Below, one piece after another: positions 1 to 7,189 of a DNA stretch of 32,523 nucleotides. A program made the position numbers and the translations under genes. How positions within the stretch are numbered: the first letter of the stretch is position 1; each line of letters begins with the position of its first letter. The DNA comes from Candidatus Pacearchaeota archaeon (GTDB lineage Archaea > Nanobdellota > Nanobdellia > Pacearchaeales > GW2011-AR1): assembly GCA_018304205.1 (NCBI GenBank), contig JAGVWR010000005.1:1-32523 (forward strand). Reading direction: 5' to 3'. The notes beneath the pieces were generated by a model. The model worked only from the letters and a program-made list of their open reading frames with translations, did no database searches and had not been told where the DNA came from.

Positions 1-13
1 GGAGATGAGCTAA

Positions 14-775
14 ATGGAAATTAATATTAAAGCCCTAGTTTACGGAATATTAGCAGGAGCAGGAATTTTAGCATTTTATATTTCTGTTCTTACAATATTC
101 CAAAGTTACGGATTTGCATTATCAGAATTTAATAGATTATGGTTTTGGCTTGTTCCTTTAGCTGTAGGGTTTGGGACTCAAATTGGTTTGTATGCTTCTA
201 TAAGACACGATGCAACTGTAAATAGAGGAATGGCTGCATCCGGTACTGTTTCAGGAGGGTCAATGATTGCTTGCTGTAGCCATTATTTTCTTAGTATTCT
301 TCCATTTATAGGAATTGCAGGTTTAAGTCCATTTACTTCATTTTTGATGACCTATCAGAAAGCGTTCTTTTCAATAGGTATTGCTTCAAGTATTATTGGG
401 GTTACATTGATGCTTAACCATAAGAGAAAAATGAAAGCTCATGAAGATGCTAAGCCTTCGAACTATAAGATTTCAAATGAAATGAAAGGAGGTTTAAGAT
501 TAATGGCAACTGAGAAAAAAAGCGATACTTTCCATATTAGTGGTAAAGCAATTGCAGTTATAGGCATTTTATTATTGCTTTTGGTTGGTACCTTTGGGAT
601 GTTTCTTCTAAAGTCTTCACCTAATAATACTGGATCTGTATCTGCTCAAACTGATAGTGTTTCTGGAGATATACCAGAAAAATGTAGGCTTCCTGCTGGT
701 CAAGATGTGACTTCTTGGAAAGAGCATTTAGGGCATCATGAAGATACAAAAGAATGCTTGAAGTATTTTAACTAA
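14..775 (+). CDS. multi-pass membrane protein with a Cys-Cys motif, joined to a further TM segment and a Cys/His-rich tail; possible metal-handling protein
   Basis: Long ORF with hydrophobic segments (GILAGAGILAFYISVLTIF, WFWLVPLAVGFG, ILPFIGIAGL, FFSIGIASSIIGVTLML, AIAVIGILLLLLVGTFGMFLL). Contains IACCSHY and a C-terminal HLGHHEDTKEC. A CxxC gene starts 1 nt after its stop. Confidence 0.6.
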   Translation: MEINIKALVYGILAGAGILAFYISVLTIFQSYGFALSEFNRLWFWLVPLAVGFGTQIGLYASIRHDATVNRGMAASGTVSGGSMIACCSHYFLSILPFIGIAGLSPFTSFLMTYQKAFFSIGIASSIIGVTLMLNHKRKMKAHEDAKPSNYKISNEMKGGLRLMATEKKSDTFHISGKAIAVIGILLLLLVGTFGMFLLKSSPNNTGSVSAQTDSVSGDIPEKCRLPAGQDVTSWKEHLGHHEDTKECLKYFN

Positions 776-776
776 A

Positions 777-1010
777 ATGGAAAAAGAAATCAACTTCGCG
801 ATAAAGAAAGGTGTTTATTGCAGCTGGTGTGCTGATCTTATGAAGAAAACTCTCAATCAGCATTTTGCACTTAAAGAGATAGATGTAGATGTAGTGAAAG
901 AAAAAGTTCATCTCATAACCTACAAAAGAATTAGTCCAAAAAGCATAATTTTATTTTTAAAAAAGAGAGGATATGGGCTGGTTGAAGAAAAATGTATAAG
1001 TAGTAAATAA
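777..1010 (+). CDS. small CxxC protein, heavy-metal-associated (HMA/CopZ)-like
   Basis: 77 aa with N-terminal 'GVYCSWCADLMKKTL' (CxxC near the first helix, as in HMA domains). Tightly coupled to the upstream membrane protein. The fold assignment is inference. Confidence 0.5.
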   Translation: MEKEINFAIKKGVYCSWCADLMKKTLNQHFALKEIDVDVVKEKVHLITYKRISPKSIILFLKKRGYGLVEEKCISSK

Positions 1011-1168
1011 ACTCTTCTTGTATGAATTATCTTTTGCAATCTAAATTCATCCCTAATTTTCTGCCTGCAATATTCAGCCATATACATACAATTCTTCTCT
1101 GCTTCTTTTCTTAGAAATTCTTTTAGAGGCGTTTCCATAGAAATATGAAGATGTGAGTTCTTGCCCAT
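920..1168 (-). CDS. ribbon-helix-helix (CopG-like) DNA-binding protein
   Basis: N-terminal 'LHISMETPLKEFLRKEAEKNCMYMAEYCRQKIRDEF' fits a beta-strand plus two helices RHH pattern. The C-terminal ~30 codons overlap the convergent gene 777-1010 and look like low-quality read-through. Confidence 0.4.
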   Translation of the reverse strand: MGKNSHLHISMETPLKEFLRKEAEKNCMYMAEYCRQKIRDEFRLQKIIHTRRVYLLLIHFSSTSPYPLFFKNKIMLFGLILL

Positions 1169-1247
1169 AAATTTCTCATTAACTGAGATTATAAAAGCAT
1201 TATAGATATTGAATACGAAACAATAAAGAATAACAGATAATAGGACT

Positions 1248-1496
1248 TTATTTTGCTTTTTTGGAGAGTTCTGTCAAATTTTGTTTTTCTTGCAGTTCTT
1301 TAACAATCTCCAAAATTCTATTAAGCTTTAGATCAAATGTAGAATTAAACAGAATAAATCTGACATAACCAGTAACTGTCTTAAAACCAGATGCATCAGC
1401 CATTGCCATCAACCGCATTTTCTGATTTTTTGTTAATCTCATTTGAAATGGATAATTTGCTCTTTCACCATATTGTGTAAAATTATTGATCCTCAT
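1248..1496 (-). CDS. ribbon-helix-helix (MobC/CopG-like) protein
   Basis: 'FQMRLTKNQKMRLMAMADASGFKTVTGYVRFIL' has an RHH-like pattern; 82 aa. Confidence 0.5.
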   Translation of the reverse strand: MRINNFTQYGERANYPFQMRLTKNQKMRLMAMADASGFKTVTGYVRFILFNSTFDLKLNRILEIVKELQEKQNLTELSKKAK

Positions 1497-1613
1497 AAGA
1501 ATAGTTCTTAGAATGAAGATAAAAAGACCATGGAGATTTTATGTACCTAGAAAAGTTATTTATTTAATTCTAATCGGATTTGACTATCGGAAGAAAAAAG
1601 AGGTAAAATCCAC

Positions 1614-1627
1614 AAGCTTTATATATT
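1614..1627 (+). promoter_or_regulatory. BRE/TATA-like box upstream of the ArsR gene
   Basis: aagctttatatatt lies 15-25 nt upstream of the two candidate ATGs (1641, 1647) and matches the window-wide AAAGATTTAWATA-type motif. Confidence 0.4.
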
Positions 1628-1640
1628 AGAATATTCTAAT

Positions 1641-1967
1641 ATGTTAATGAAAGAATTATATAAGTTACATGCCGAAATGTGTAAGGTATTTTCAAATCCA
1701 ACTAGGTTAGAGATTCTTAATTTACTTGGAAATAGAAAGATGTCTGTTACAGAATTAATCAATAAAACTAAATTAAGCCAAGCTAACATTTCTCAGCATT
1801 TATCTATAATGAAATCAAAGGGAATCGTTTCCTCTGAGAGAGATGGCAAGAACATATTTTACAAATTAACCAATGTAAGAATCATAAAGGCGTTTGATAT
1901 AATTCGTGAAGTTCTAAGCGAGAGACTAGAGAAAAATAGAAGTATTCTTGCAGAGGTAAAAGCATGA
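1641..1967 (+). CDS. ArsR/SmtB-family winged-helix transcriptional regulator
   Basis: 'FSNPTRLEILNLLGNRKMSVTELINKTKLSQANISQHLSIMKSKGIV' is the hallmark ArsR HTH region. Confidence 0.9.
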   Translation: MLMKELYKLHAEMCKVFSNPTRLEILNLLGNRKMSVTELINKTKLSQANISQHLSIMKSKGIVSSERDGKNIFYKLTNVRIIKAFDIIREVLSERLEKNRSILAEVKA

Positions 1968-2539
1968 AAGTAAGAGAAAGCGGAATGCCAGGTGAAGAAG
2001 TTTGGAGCGAATTCTTTGAGCCAAAAAGAATTCTTAAAAAATTAGGAATAGACAAAACAATTAGAGATATAGCCGATTTTGGCTGTGGTTATGGTACTTT
2101 TACTATCCCTGTTGCCCAGACTGTGAAAGGAAAAGTATACGCTATTGATATTGAGCCAGATATGGTTGAAGAGACAAAAAGAAAAGCCGAAAAGAGAAAG
2201 TTAGGAAATGTGGAAACTATTGTCCGAGATTTTGTTTCTAATGGAAGCGGTCTTGAAAATGAGAGTGTCGATTATGTAATGTTATTTAATATTCTTCATT
2301 TAAATAATCCAGAAACTCTTTTAAGAGAGGCTTATAGAATTCTGAGAAAGGGTGGGAAACTTGGAATTATTCATTGGAATTATGATTCCGCAACGCCAAG
2401 AGGACCTCCAATGGAAATTCGCCCTAAACCAGAGCAGTGTATTAAATGGGCAAGAAATTCTGGATTTAATCATCCATTACAGTACGATTTAAAATCTTAT
2501 CATTACGGAATTGTTTTAACAAAGGAAGGTAAAAGATGA
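1964..2539 (+). CDS. class I SAM-dependent methyltransferase
   Basis: Motif I 'IADFGCGYGTFT', post-I 'VYAIDIEPDMV' and motif IV-like 'VDYVMLFNILHL'. ATGA overlap with the arsR-family gene. Confidence 0.85.
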   Translation: MKVRESGMPGEEVWSEFFEPKRILKKLGIDKTIRDIADFGCGYGTFTIPVAQTVKGKVYAIDIEPDMVEETKRKAEKRKLGNVETIVRDFVSNGSGLENESVDYVMLFNILHLNNPETLLREAYRILRKGGKLGIIHWNYDSATPRGPPMEIRPKPEQCIKWARNSGFNHPLQYDLKSYHYGIVLTKEGKR

Positions 2540-2710
2540 AAGACAATAATAATCCTCTCAAAAATAAAGTAATAATCACCATCCCTGCTAAATCTTCTTC
2601 AGGATGAATTATACTTAAAATAATTATTAAAATAAATCAAAATATTAGACCGATTATAAAACCACTAATTATTCCTGTTTTATTTTTCATCACATACGAA
2701 CCATTTTGAT

Positions 2711-3145
2711 TCAATCTCTTAATTGATATGCACCCTCTTTCTCATAGACAACAGATCCTCTAAAAATTCCCTGATCTTTATTAAACATTTTATGAATAAC
2801 ATTTATCACATCACCTAACTCATTAGCTGCATCGTCGTTACTAGCTCCCATATAAGTAGCTACTAGCACATATTTCATACTTGCAAGAGGTCTTCTTTCT
2901 TTTTCATATCCTTGTTTAATTCTTTCGTTTGACATTACTCTATAATCATCTGGATATTGAATTTGTTCAGCAAGAGTTTTATCAAGTTGTAGCCCAGAAA
3001 TCCCCTCATTCAATAACAACTGCAAACCTTTGGGAGTTTTTGCCTCGTTTCTTATATGACTCCCAGATTTTTCTAGTTCTTGTTTTGAGGCATCACAATC
3101 AAAAAATGCGTATGCCCTTCCATAGGTTTCTGCTTCTTTTTCCAT
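2711..3145 (-). CDS. hypothetical protein
   Basis: 144-aa ORF with non-repetitive composition. No motif recognised. Confidence 0.5.
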   Translation of the reverse strand: MEKEAETYGRAYAFFDCDASKQELEKSGSHIRNEAKTPKGLQLLLNEGISGLQLDKTLAEQIQYPDDYRVMSNERIKQGYEKERRPLASMKYVLVATYMGASNDDAANELGDVINVIHKMFNKDQGIFRGSVVYEKEGAYQLRD

Positions 3146-3301
3146 ATTTATTACAAGTAGAACTACTATTTAAACCTTTTTATTTGTAACCACTATAAAG
3201 TAACATATTCTGCTTAACAGAGTTTCAGTAAGTATAAATCTCCTCGATAACTAATTCTTTAGAACATTCAATAATTCATTATAAGGTTATTTTTTATTAG
3301 T

Positions 3302-3565
3302 TTATCCGTTTCTAATTCGATGAAGGCAACCCGCCCAACAACAAGGTCTGCGTTTTCCTTCTACAATCTCGTTCCTCGTTCTTTTGATTCTATGATTCCT
3401 AGTCTCTATATGTTTTGCATTCACTATCCAACAGATAAATTCATTGCGTCCAAGAGGTGTAAGATTCTCCCATGCCACTAGAGCAGCCTTACTAGAAGTA
3501 AGAGCCTTTCGCAAATCTTCTGGCATTTTATGTACCACACCGTTAGCGATTTCTTTTTTATTCAT
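3302..3565 (-). CDS. YdeI/OmpD-associated family-like small protein
   Basis: 'MPEDLRKALTSSKAALVAWENLTPLGRNEFICWIVNAKHIETRNHRIKR' resembles the YdeI/DUF1801-type signature (P.dl..al ... wi..ak..eTR..Ri). Confidence 0.55.
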   Translation of the reverse strand: MNKKEIANGVVHKMPEDLRKALTSSKAALVAWENLTPLGRNEFICWIVNAKHIETRNHRIKRTRNEIVEGKRRPCCWAGCLHRIRNG

Positions 3566-3610
3566 TTTATTTTATCCCTCATTAAAGTTACTTTGTAAAC
3601 TTTTCCTTTT

Positions 3611-4090
3611 CTATTTCCCATATTTACCTATTTTCTCCCTTATAATTTTTATCTGCCCCTCATTCAATTTCCCTAATATTTCCTTAGATTTTGAGTGAAA
3701 GAAAGGAGACCCAGAAATGATCAAATCAGAATCATTTTTTTGAACTGCTCTATCAACATAATATTGAATTGTATTTCTACAATCAAATACCTTACTTATC
3801 ACTATGATCTCCTCTTTAGAGTAAAATTCAGATAAAAATTCTTCCATAAATTTTAATGTGCAGGAATGAATTTCACATTTTATCCCTATTCTCATTAAAA
3901 TAGCATATAAAGAGTAATACATAGAATAATAACAAGCCGAAACAGAAAATCTGAGACTATAGCTCTTTTCTCGATTCATTGTTCCAAATGCATCTTCTGC
4001 CATTTTAATATAGCCGTTTACAAGATTATCATTATGTTCAATTAGTTTTATTCCATCTTTTTGTTTGAAACACCAATTTATATTTACCAT
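3611..4090 (-). CDS. HEPN-domain protein (toxin-type partner of the upstream minimal nucleotidyltransferase)
   Basis: All-helical 159 aa. 'AEDAFGT...SACYYSMYYSLYAILMRIGIKCEIHSCTLKFM' resembles PF05168-type HEPN. Overlaps the MNT gene by 7 nt. Confidence 0.7.
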   Translation of the reverse strand: MVNINWCFKQKDGIKLIEHNDNLVNGYIKMAEDAFGTMNREKSYSLRFSVSACYYSMYYSLYAILMRIGIKCEIHSCTLKFMEEFLSEFYSKEEIIVISKVFDCRNTIQYYVDRAVQKNDSDLIISGSPFFHSKSKEILGKLNEGQIKIIREKIGKYGK

Positions 4091-4650
4091 ATTAATTCTA
4101 TGAATTGTTCTACTCCTTTTAATATAACGTGATTCTTAATTATTTCTCTTATCAAAGTATCGCCCTTATCAAATTTATATTTATCAATTTTAACAATATT
4201 TATTTTAATATTATATAATTGCTCTAAATCTTTGATCTCTCTATTCTCTCCAATAATTAACACATCTAAATCTGACTTTTTATTAGCTGAAAAATTAGCG
4301 TAACTTCCAAAAATTCCAATAATGCCTTCAATTCTTGACTCAAGTTTGTTAAATAAATCCTTAAAGCTTTTATATTTTTCAATAAACTTTATCTTTCTAC
4401 TAATTTCAATCAGCTTTATTATTTCTTTTATATTTTGATCAAGATTATTCAAATAATAATATTTATTTTTACCTTCAAAAGAGAATTTCAATATATTTTC
4501 CTTCTCTAATTTATTTAATATGTTGGAAACTGTTTTCTGATTCATTTTTAATTTTTTAGCAACATCCCTTCCATAAATCTTTTTATTATAATCCGTTGCA
4601 AAGTTTTCTAATATGTTTGATATATTATTGTTGAGTATCATAATACTCAT
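4084..4650 (-). CDS. winged-HTH plus minimal nucleotidyltransferase (MNT) protein
   Basis: N-terminal HTH 'MNQKTVSNILNKLEKENIL'. NTase motif 'IGIFGSYANFSANKKSDLDVLIIGE' (GS...DxD). Confidence 0.8.
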   Translation of the reverse strand: MSIMILNNNISNILENFATDYNKKIYGRDVAKKLKMNQKTVSNILNKLEKENILKFSFEGKNKYYYLNNLDQNIKEIIKLIEISRKIKFIEKYKSFKDLFNKLESRIEGIIGIFGSYANFSANKKSDLDVLIIGENREIKDLEQLYNIKINIVKIDKYKFDKGDTLIREIIKNHVILKGVEQFIELIW

Positions 4651-4697
4651 ATGAGTAATAAAATATTTAAAAGTTTCTAATTACTAAGTGTAAAAAT

Positions 4698-4785
4698 ATT
4701 ATGTTCAGGAACTTGACTCCTTGAAAGAAATCCATAAAAGATTTCTCTAGCATCCAAAGCACAAGTGCCTCATTGTGCTTTTGAT
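4698..4785 (-). repeat. intergenic repeat family, copy A (full length; terminal palindrome degenerate)
   Basis: The reverse complement reads atcaaaagcacaatgaggcacttgtgctttggatgctagagaaatcttttatggatttctttcaaggagtcaagttcctgaacataat. It aligns with copies at 6210, 8187 and 19048. Confidence 0.8.
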
Positions 4786-4804
4786 TTAAAGATTATTAAT
4801 AATA

Positions 4805-5152
4805 TTAAGCGGCTATCGGGATAAAGTCCTTGCTTAAGAATCTTTTAAAGTCTCTTTCTAGGCCTGGCTCAAAGTAGAATGTTGTTTTATTATCAAAGAA
4901 ATCTGTCCAATATGCCCTTCCAAAAACCCTTTCTCTGTTACTAGAATTAACTATAAGAAAACCATTTTGTTTTCTTTGGAGGAAACTATAATCTTCTTCA
5001 ATTCTTAGTTCTAAACTTCTATCCATTTCGTGAGCTCGTAACATCTCTGTGACTTCTTTTTGGTGTGATTTTATATAAGGGTATATCTTTTTGCATGCTT
5101 CTGCGCTCCTTTCTTCTTCCCTCTGCATTAAATCTTTCTCTTGTTTTTTCAC
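4805..5152 (-). CDS. hypothetical protein
   Basis: 115-aa ORF. No motif recognised. Confidence 0.5.
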   Translation of the reverse strand: MKKQEKDLMQREEERSAEACKKIYPYIKSHQKEVTEMLRAHEMDRSLELRIEEDYSFLQRKQNGFLIVNSSNRERVFGRAYWTDFFDNKTTFYFEPGLERDFKRFLSKDFIPIAA

Positions 5153-5252
5153 TATTTTTAAACTTGTTTTAAATTTAAGTATCTTTTGTTAATTTATACA
5201 ATATCAAAAGTTTAACAAAGTTAGGTCTTGACAAAGTAAGTTTTTGTTTCAC

Positions 5253-5266
5253 AAAAGATTTAAAAG
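5253..5266 (+). promoter_or_regulatory. BRE/TATA-like box for tRNA-Val
   Basis: aaaagatttaaaag is centred about 28 nt upstream of tRNA position 1 (5291). Confidence 0.5.
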
Positions 5267-5290
5267 ACTTAGATAATCTCAATATATATT

Positions 5291-5393
5291 GGCCCTGTAG
5301 TCTAGTGGCAAAACGACTCGTTTACAAGTATGGCGATGAAAGTCAAAAATACTAAAAGCCGAGTAGTCAGGAGTTCGATTCTCTTCAGGGCCA
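5291..5393 (+). tRNA. tRNA-Val (anticodon UAC) with a 32-nt intron at position 37/38
   Basis: Acceptor GGCCCTG/CAGGGCC. Anticodon stem ACTCG (5316-5320) pairs with CGAGT (5360-5364). Loop is TTTACA, then intron 5327-5358 with internal helix AGTAT/ATACT. T arm AGGAG-TTCGATT-CTCTT; discriminator A. The D stem has one mismatch. Confidence 0.85.
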
Positions 5394-5397
5394 TTTA
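5361..5397 (+). repeat. direct repeat, left copy (3' exon of tRNA-Val plus 4 nt)
   Basis: gagtagtcaggagttcgattctcttcagggccattta matches 5999-6035 at 34 of 37 positions. Confidence 0.85.
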
Positions 5398-5398
5398 A

Positions 5399-5725
5399 TT
5401 AAAATGTGGTCTTTAACTTCTGATTAATTAATTCTTTTACTTTAGAACTTTTTACTTCACCTATCTTTCCGTGAACTATGCTTTTATGCAAGGTAAAAAT
5501 CATATCAAGATAAATAAAAGAGTCAAAGCGAATATTTCCTTCGCAATCTTCTTTTTTAAGAATTATCTCATACTTTTGAATGTTTCTTCTTTTTGTTGTA
5601 ATTTGACAAAAAATAGTGTTATCTCCTTCTAACGAATTAATAACTAGTGCTGGTCTTTTTTTTGTTTTAGTTAAATCACTAAACGGAAAATTTACAAGAA
5701 CTATATCAAATTTTTTAAAAATCAT
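5399..5725 (-). CDS. PemK/MazF-family toxin (endoribonuclease-type)
   Basis: 'FDIVLVNFPFSDLTKTKKRPALVI' is the typical N-terminal PemK/MazF signature; 108 aa. Confidence 0.8.
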   Translation of the reverse strand: MIFKKFDIVLVNFPFSDLTKTKKRPALVINSLEGDNTIFCQITTKRRNIQKYEIILKKEDCEGNIRFDSFIYLDMIFTLHKSIVHGKIGEVKSSKVKELINQKLKTTF

Positions 5726-5952
5726 TGTAGATATGCGAATGCTTTATCATCTTCTTTTGATGCCCATGACTCCGAAAGAAGTTTTTCATCTCCTAGAAAA
5801 CGAGCATTATCCCAATCTTCTTTATCGAGTTGTTCCAATTCATTAACTCTTTTTTCAACTATCTTTCTAACAAATTCACTCCATTTTATCTCAGAATATT
5901 TTCTCATTTTTTTATATACCGTGTCATCTATTGATAGAGTTATGTTCGTCAT
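5722..5952 (-). CDS. RHH-type antitoxin candidate for the MazF-like toxin
   Basis: 'ITLSIDDTVYKKMRKYSEIKWSEFVRKIVEKRV' has an RHH-like pattern. 4-nt overlap with the toxin gene. Confidence 0.6.
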   Translation of the reverse strand: MTNITLSIDDTVYKKMRKYSEIKWSEFVRKIVEKRVNELEQLDKEDWDNARFLGDEKLLSESWASKEDDKAFAYLQ

Positions 5953-5998
5953 TGTACCCTAAGTGAGCTCACTTATTTAAATGTTTCTGTTTTTGTGT

Positions 5999-6035
5999 GA
6001 GTAATCAGGAGTTCGATTCTCTTCAGAGCTATTTA
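5999..6035 (+). repeat. direct repeat, right copy (degenerate tRNA-Val 3' exon)
   Basis: gagtaatcaggagttcgattctcttcagagctattta. Mismatches to the left copy at 6004, 6027 and 6030. The acceptor strand CAGAGCT can no longer pair with GGCCCTG. Confidence 0.85.
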
Positions 6036-6092
6036 TTAAAGAGAACAAAACTATATATTTGTATCTCATAAGAATTGAAGCCTTCGGACTAA

Positions 6093-6326
6093 ATGGAACA
6101 TGAAAGAGGTAAATGCGAAGGTTATTGGGAATGGTTTAGAAAGGATGGAACTAAAATGCGTTCAGACTATTTCAAAAAAGGAAAGCAAACTGGAAAATGG
6201 AATACATTTGATGCTAGAGAAATCTTTTATGGATTTCTCGGCACAGAAAATCTATTAGATTTTCTTGTGCTCAAGAAACGATCACACCTTGAAAGGTGTG
6301 GTTTTCTGTCAGGTTTCTTGACATAA
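6093..6326 (+). pseudogene. MORN-repeat-variant (YwqK-like) fragment whose 3' part is read-through into repeat copy B
   Basis: 'GKCEGYWEWFRKDGTKMRSDYFKKGKQTGKWNTFD' looks like two MORN-variant repeats. From about 6210 the ORF sequence is the intergenic repeat itself. Confidence 0.4.
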
Positions 6327-6329
6327 ATA
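6210..6329 (+). repeat. intergenic repeat family, copy B (expanded, with extra hairpins)
   Basis: gatgctagagaaatcttttatggatttctc, then GCACAGAAAATC/GATTTTCTTGTGC and CACACCTT/AGGTGTG hairpins, then ttctgtcaggtttcttgacataaata. Confidence 0.75.
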
Positions 6330-6351
6330 CTTTCTGAATAAGCAAGTTATC

Positions 6352-6369
6352 AAAGATTAACTATAAAAA
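6352..6369 (+). promoter_or_regulatory. BRE/TATA-like box for tRNA-Gly
   Basis: aaagattaactataaaaa. The TATA centre lies about 27 nt upstream of tRNA position 1 (6393). Confidence 0.45.
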
Positions 6370-6392
6370 CCCTTTATTCAAATTACATTTGT

Positions 6393-6480
6393 GCGATCAT
6401 AGTTAAGTGGTATAACGTCTCGTTGCCAAAATAAAAATTGCAAAAACGAGGAGTTTCGGGTCCGATTCCCGATGGTCGCA
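6393..6480 (+). tRNA. tRNA-Gly (anticodon GCC) with a short (~17 nt) intron at 37/38
   Basis: Acceptor GCGATCA/TGGTCGC (one G-U pair). D arm GTTA-AGTGGTA-TAAC. Anticodon stem TCTCG/CGAGG with loop TTGCCA, then intron 6429-6445. T arm TCGGG-TCCGATT-CCCGA; discriminator A. Confidence 0.75.
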
Positions 6481-6592
6481 TTCTTTTTTATTATTAAAAA
6501 GAGGACTAGTGTTTGCCAATAAAGAAATCACTGAAACAGCTCAAACAGATTAATAAGAAGGTGTTCGTTTTGAAGAACTTACTAAAAAATTA

Positions 6593-7099
6593 TTATTCAG
6601 AAATAAGTTCTTCAAGTTTAGGTGAGAATCTAGGTTTCCAATCACTACCACAAGGACTTTGATAGTGTTTGCTTATTTTTGGAGAAAATCCCGAATAACG
6701 AACTCCCAATCTATCCCCTACAGCAGTCTTATCGTAGTCAGGGTCAGAAACACTACAATAAAATCCAGATGATGCATCTTGAGCATCAATGGTTTCTCTT
6801 CCAAGATTCAAGCAAGATTGACATCCCCCGTCTGAATATTTCCGATAAGCATCAATAATCCCTTTCGCGGATGATAAATCAATACGAGTAGATACTTCTC
6901 CATTTAATTCATATTTACCATCTTCAATAACTTCTAAAACTCTTGCTAAACCAGCATTTAAGAAAGAACTATCTAATTTACCAACACTATTTCTTACATC
7001 ATGTAACATAGATAAAACTACTTTAGGAACTTTCTCTGCAGGAATATCTCCTAACCTATCCATCTTTGTTTCATATTTGACTTCTTGTAATAAAGGCAT
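6593..7099 (-). CDS. hypothetical Cys-containing protein
   Basis: 168-aa ORF with 'GGCQSCLNLG...FYCSVSD...SPCGSDW' (four Cys). No family recognised. Confidence 0.55.
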   Translation of the reverse strand: MPLLQEVKYETKMDRLGDIPAEKVPKVVLSMLHDVRNSVGKLDSSFLNAGLARVLEVIEDGKYELNGEVSTRIDLSSAKGIIDAYRKYSDGGCQSCLNLGRETIDAQDASSGFYCSVSDPDYDKTAVGDRLGVRYSGFSPKISKHYQSPCGSDWKPRFSPKLEELISE

Positions 7100-7189
7100 T
7101 CAAGAATTAATAAACAAGTCTTTAAAAAAATTTGGATACTCAAGATTAATATATACTAAATTAGTAAGGTCTTCACTTTGAAGTCTTTC

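Larger units (their letters stand above)
5394..6035. mobile_element. putative remnant of a tRNA-targeted integrated cassette carrying only a MazF-type TA pair
   Basis: The segment is bounded by the tRNA-Val 3' exon and a degenerate copy of it. The interior holds only ORFs 5399-5725 and 5722-5952. No integrase is visible. Confidence 0.35.

Noticed and set aside
2466-2690. Minus-strand hydrophobic ORF MKNKTGIISGFIIGLIF-[TGA]-FILIIILSIIHPEEDLAGMVIITLFLRGLLLSF..., suggesting UGA recoding or a pseudogene
   Set aside because: TGA is clearly used as a stop elsewhere (ArsR gene, methyltransferase, ORF 20347-20538). An F/I/L-rich translation is expected by chance in AT-rich DNA, and the downstream part runs antisense into the methyltransferase gene.
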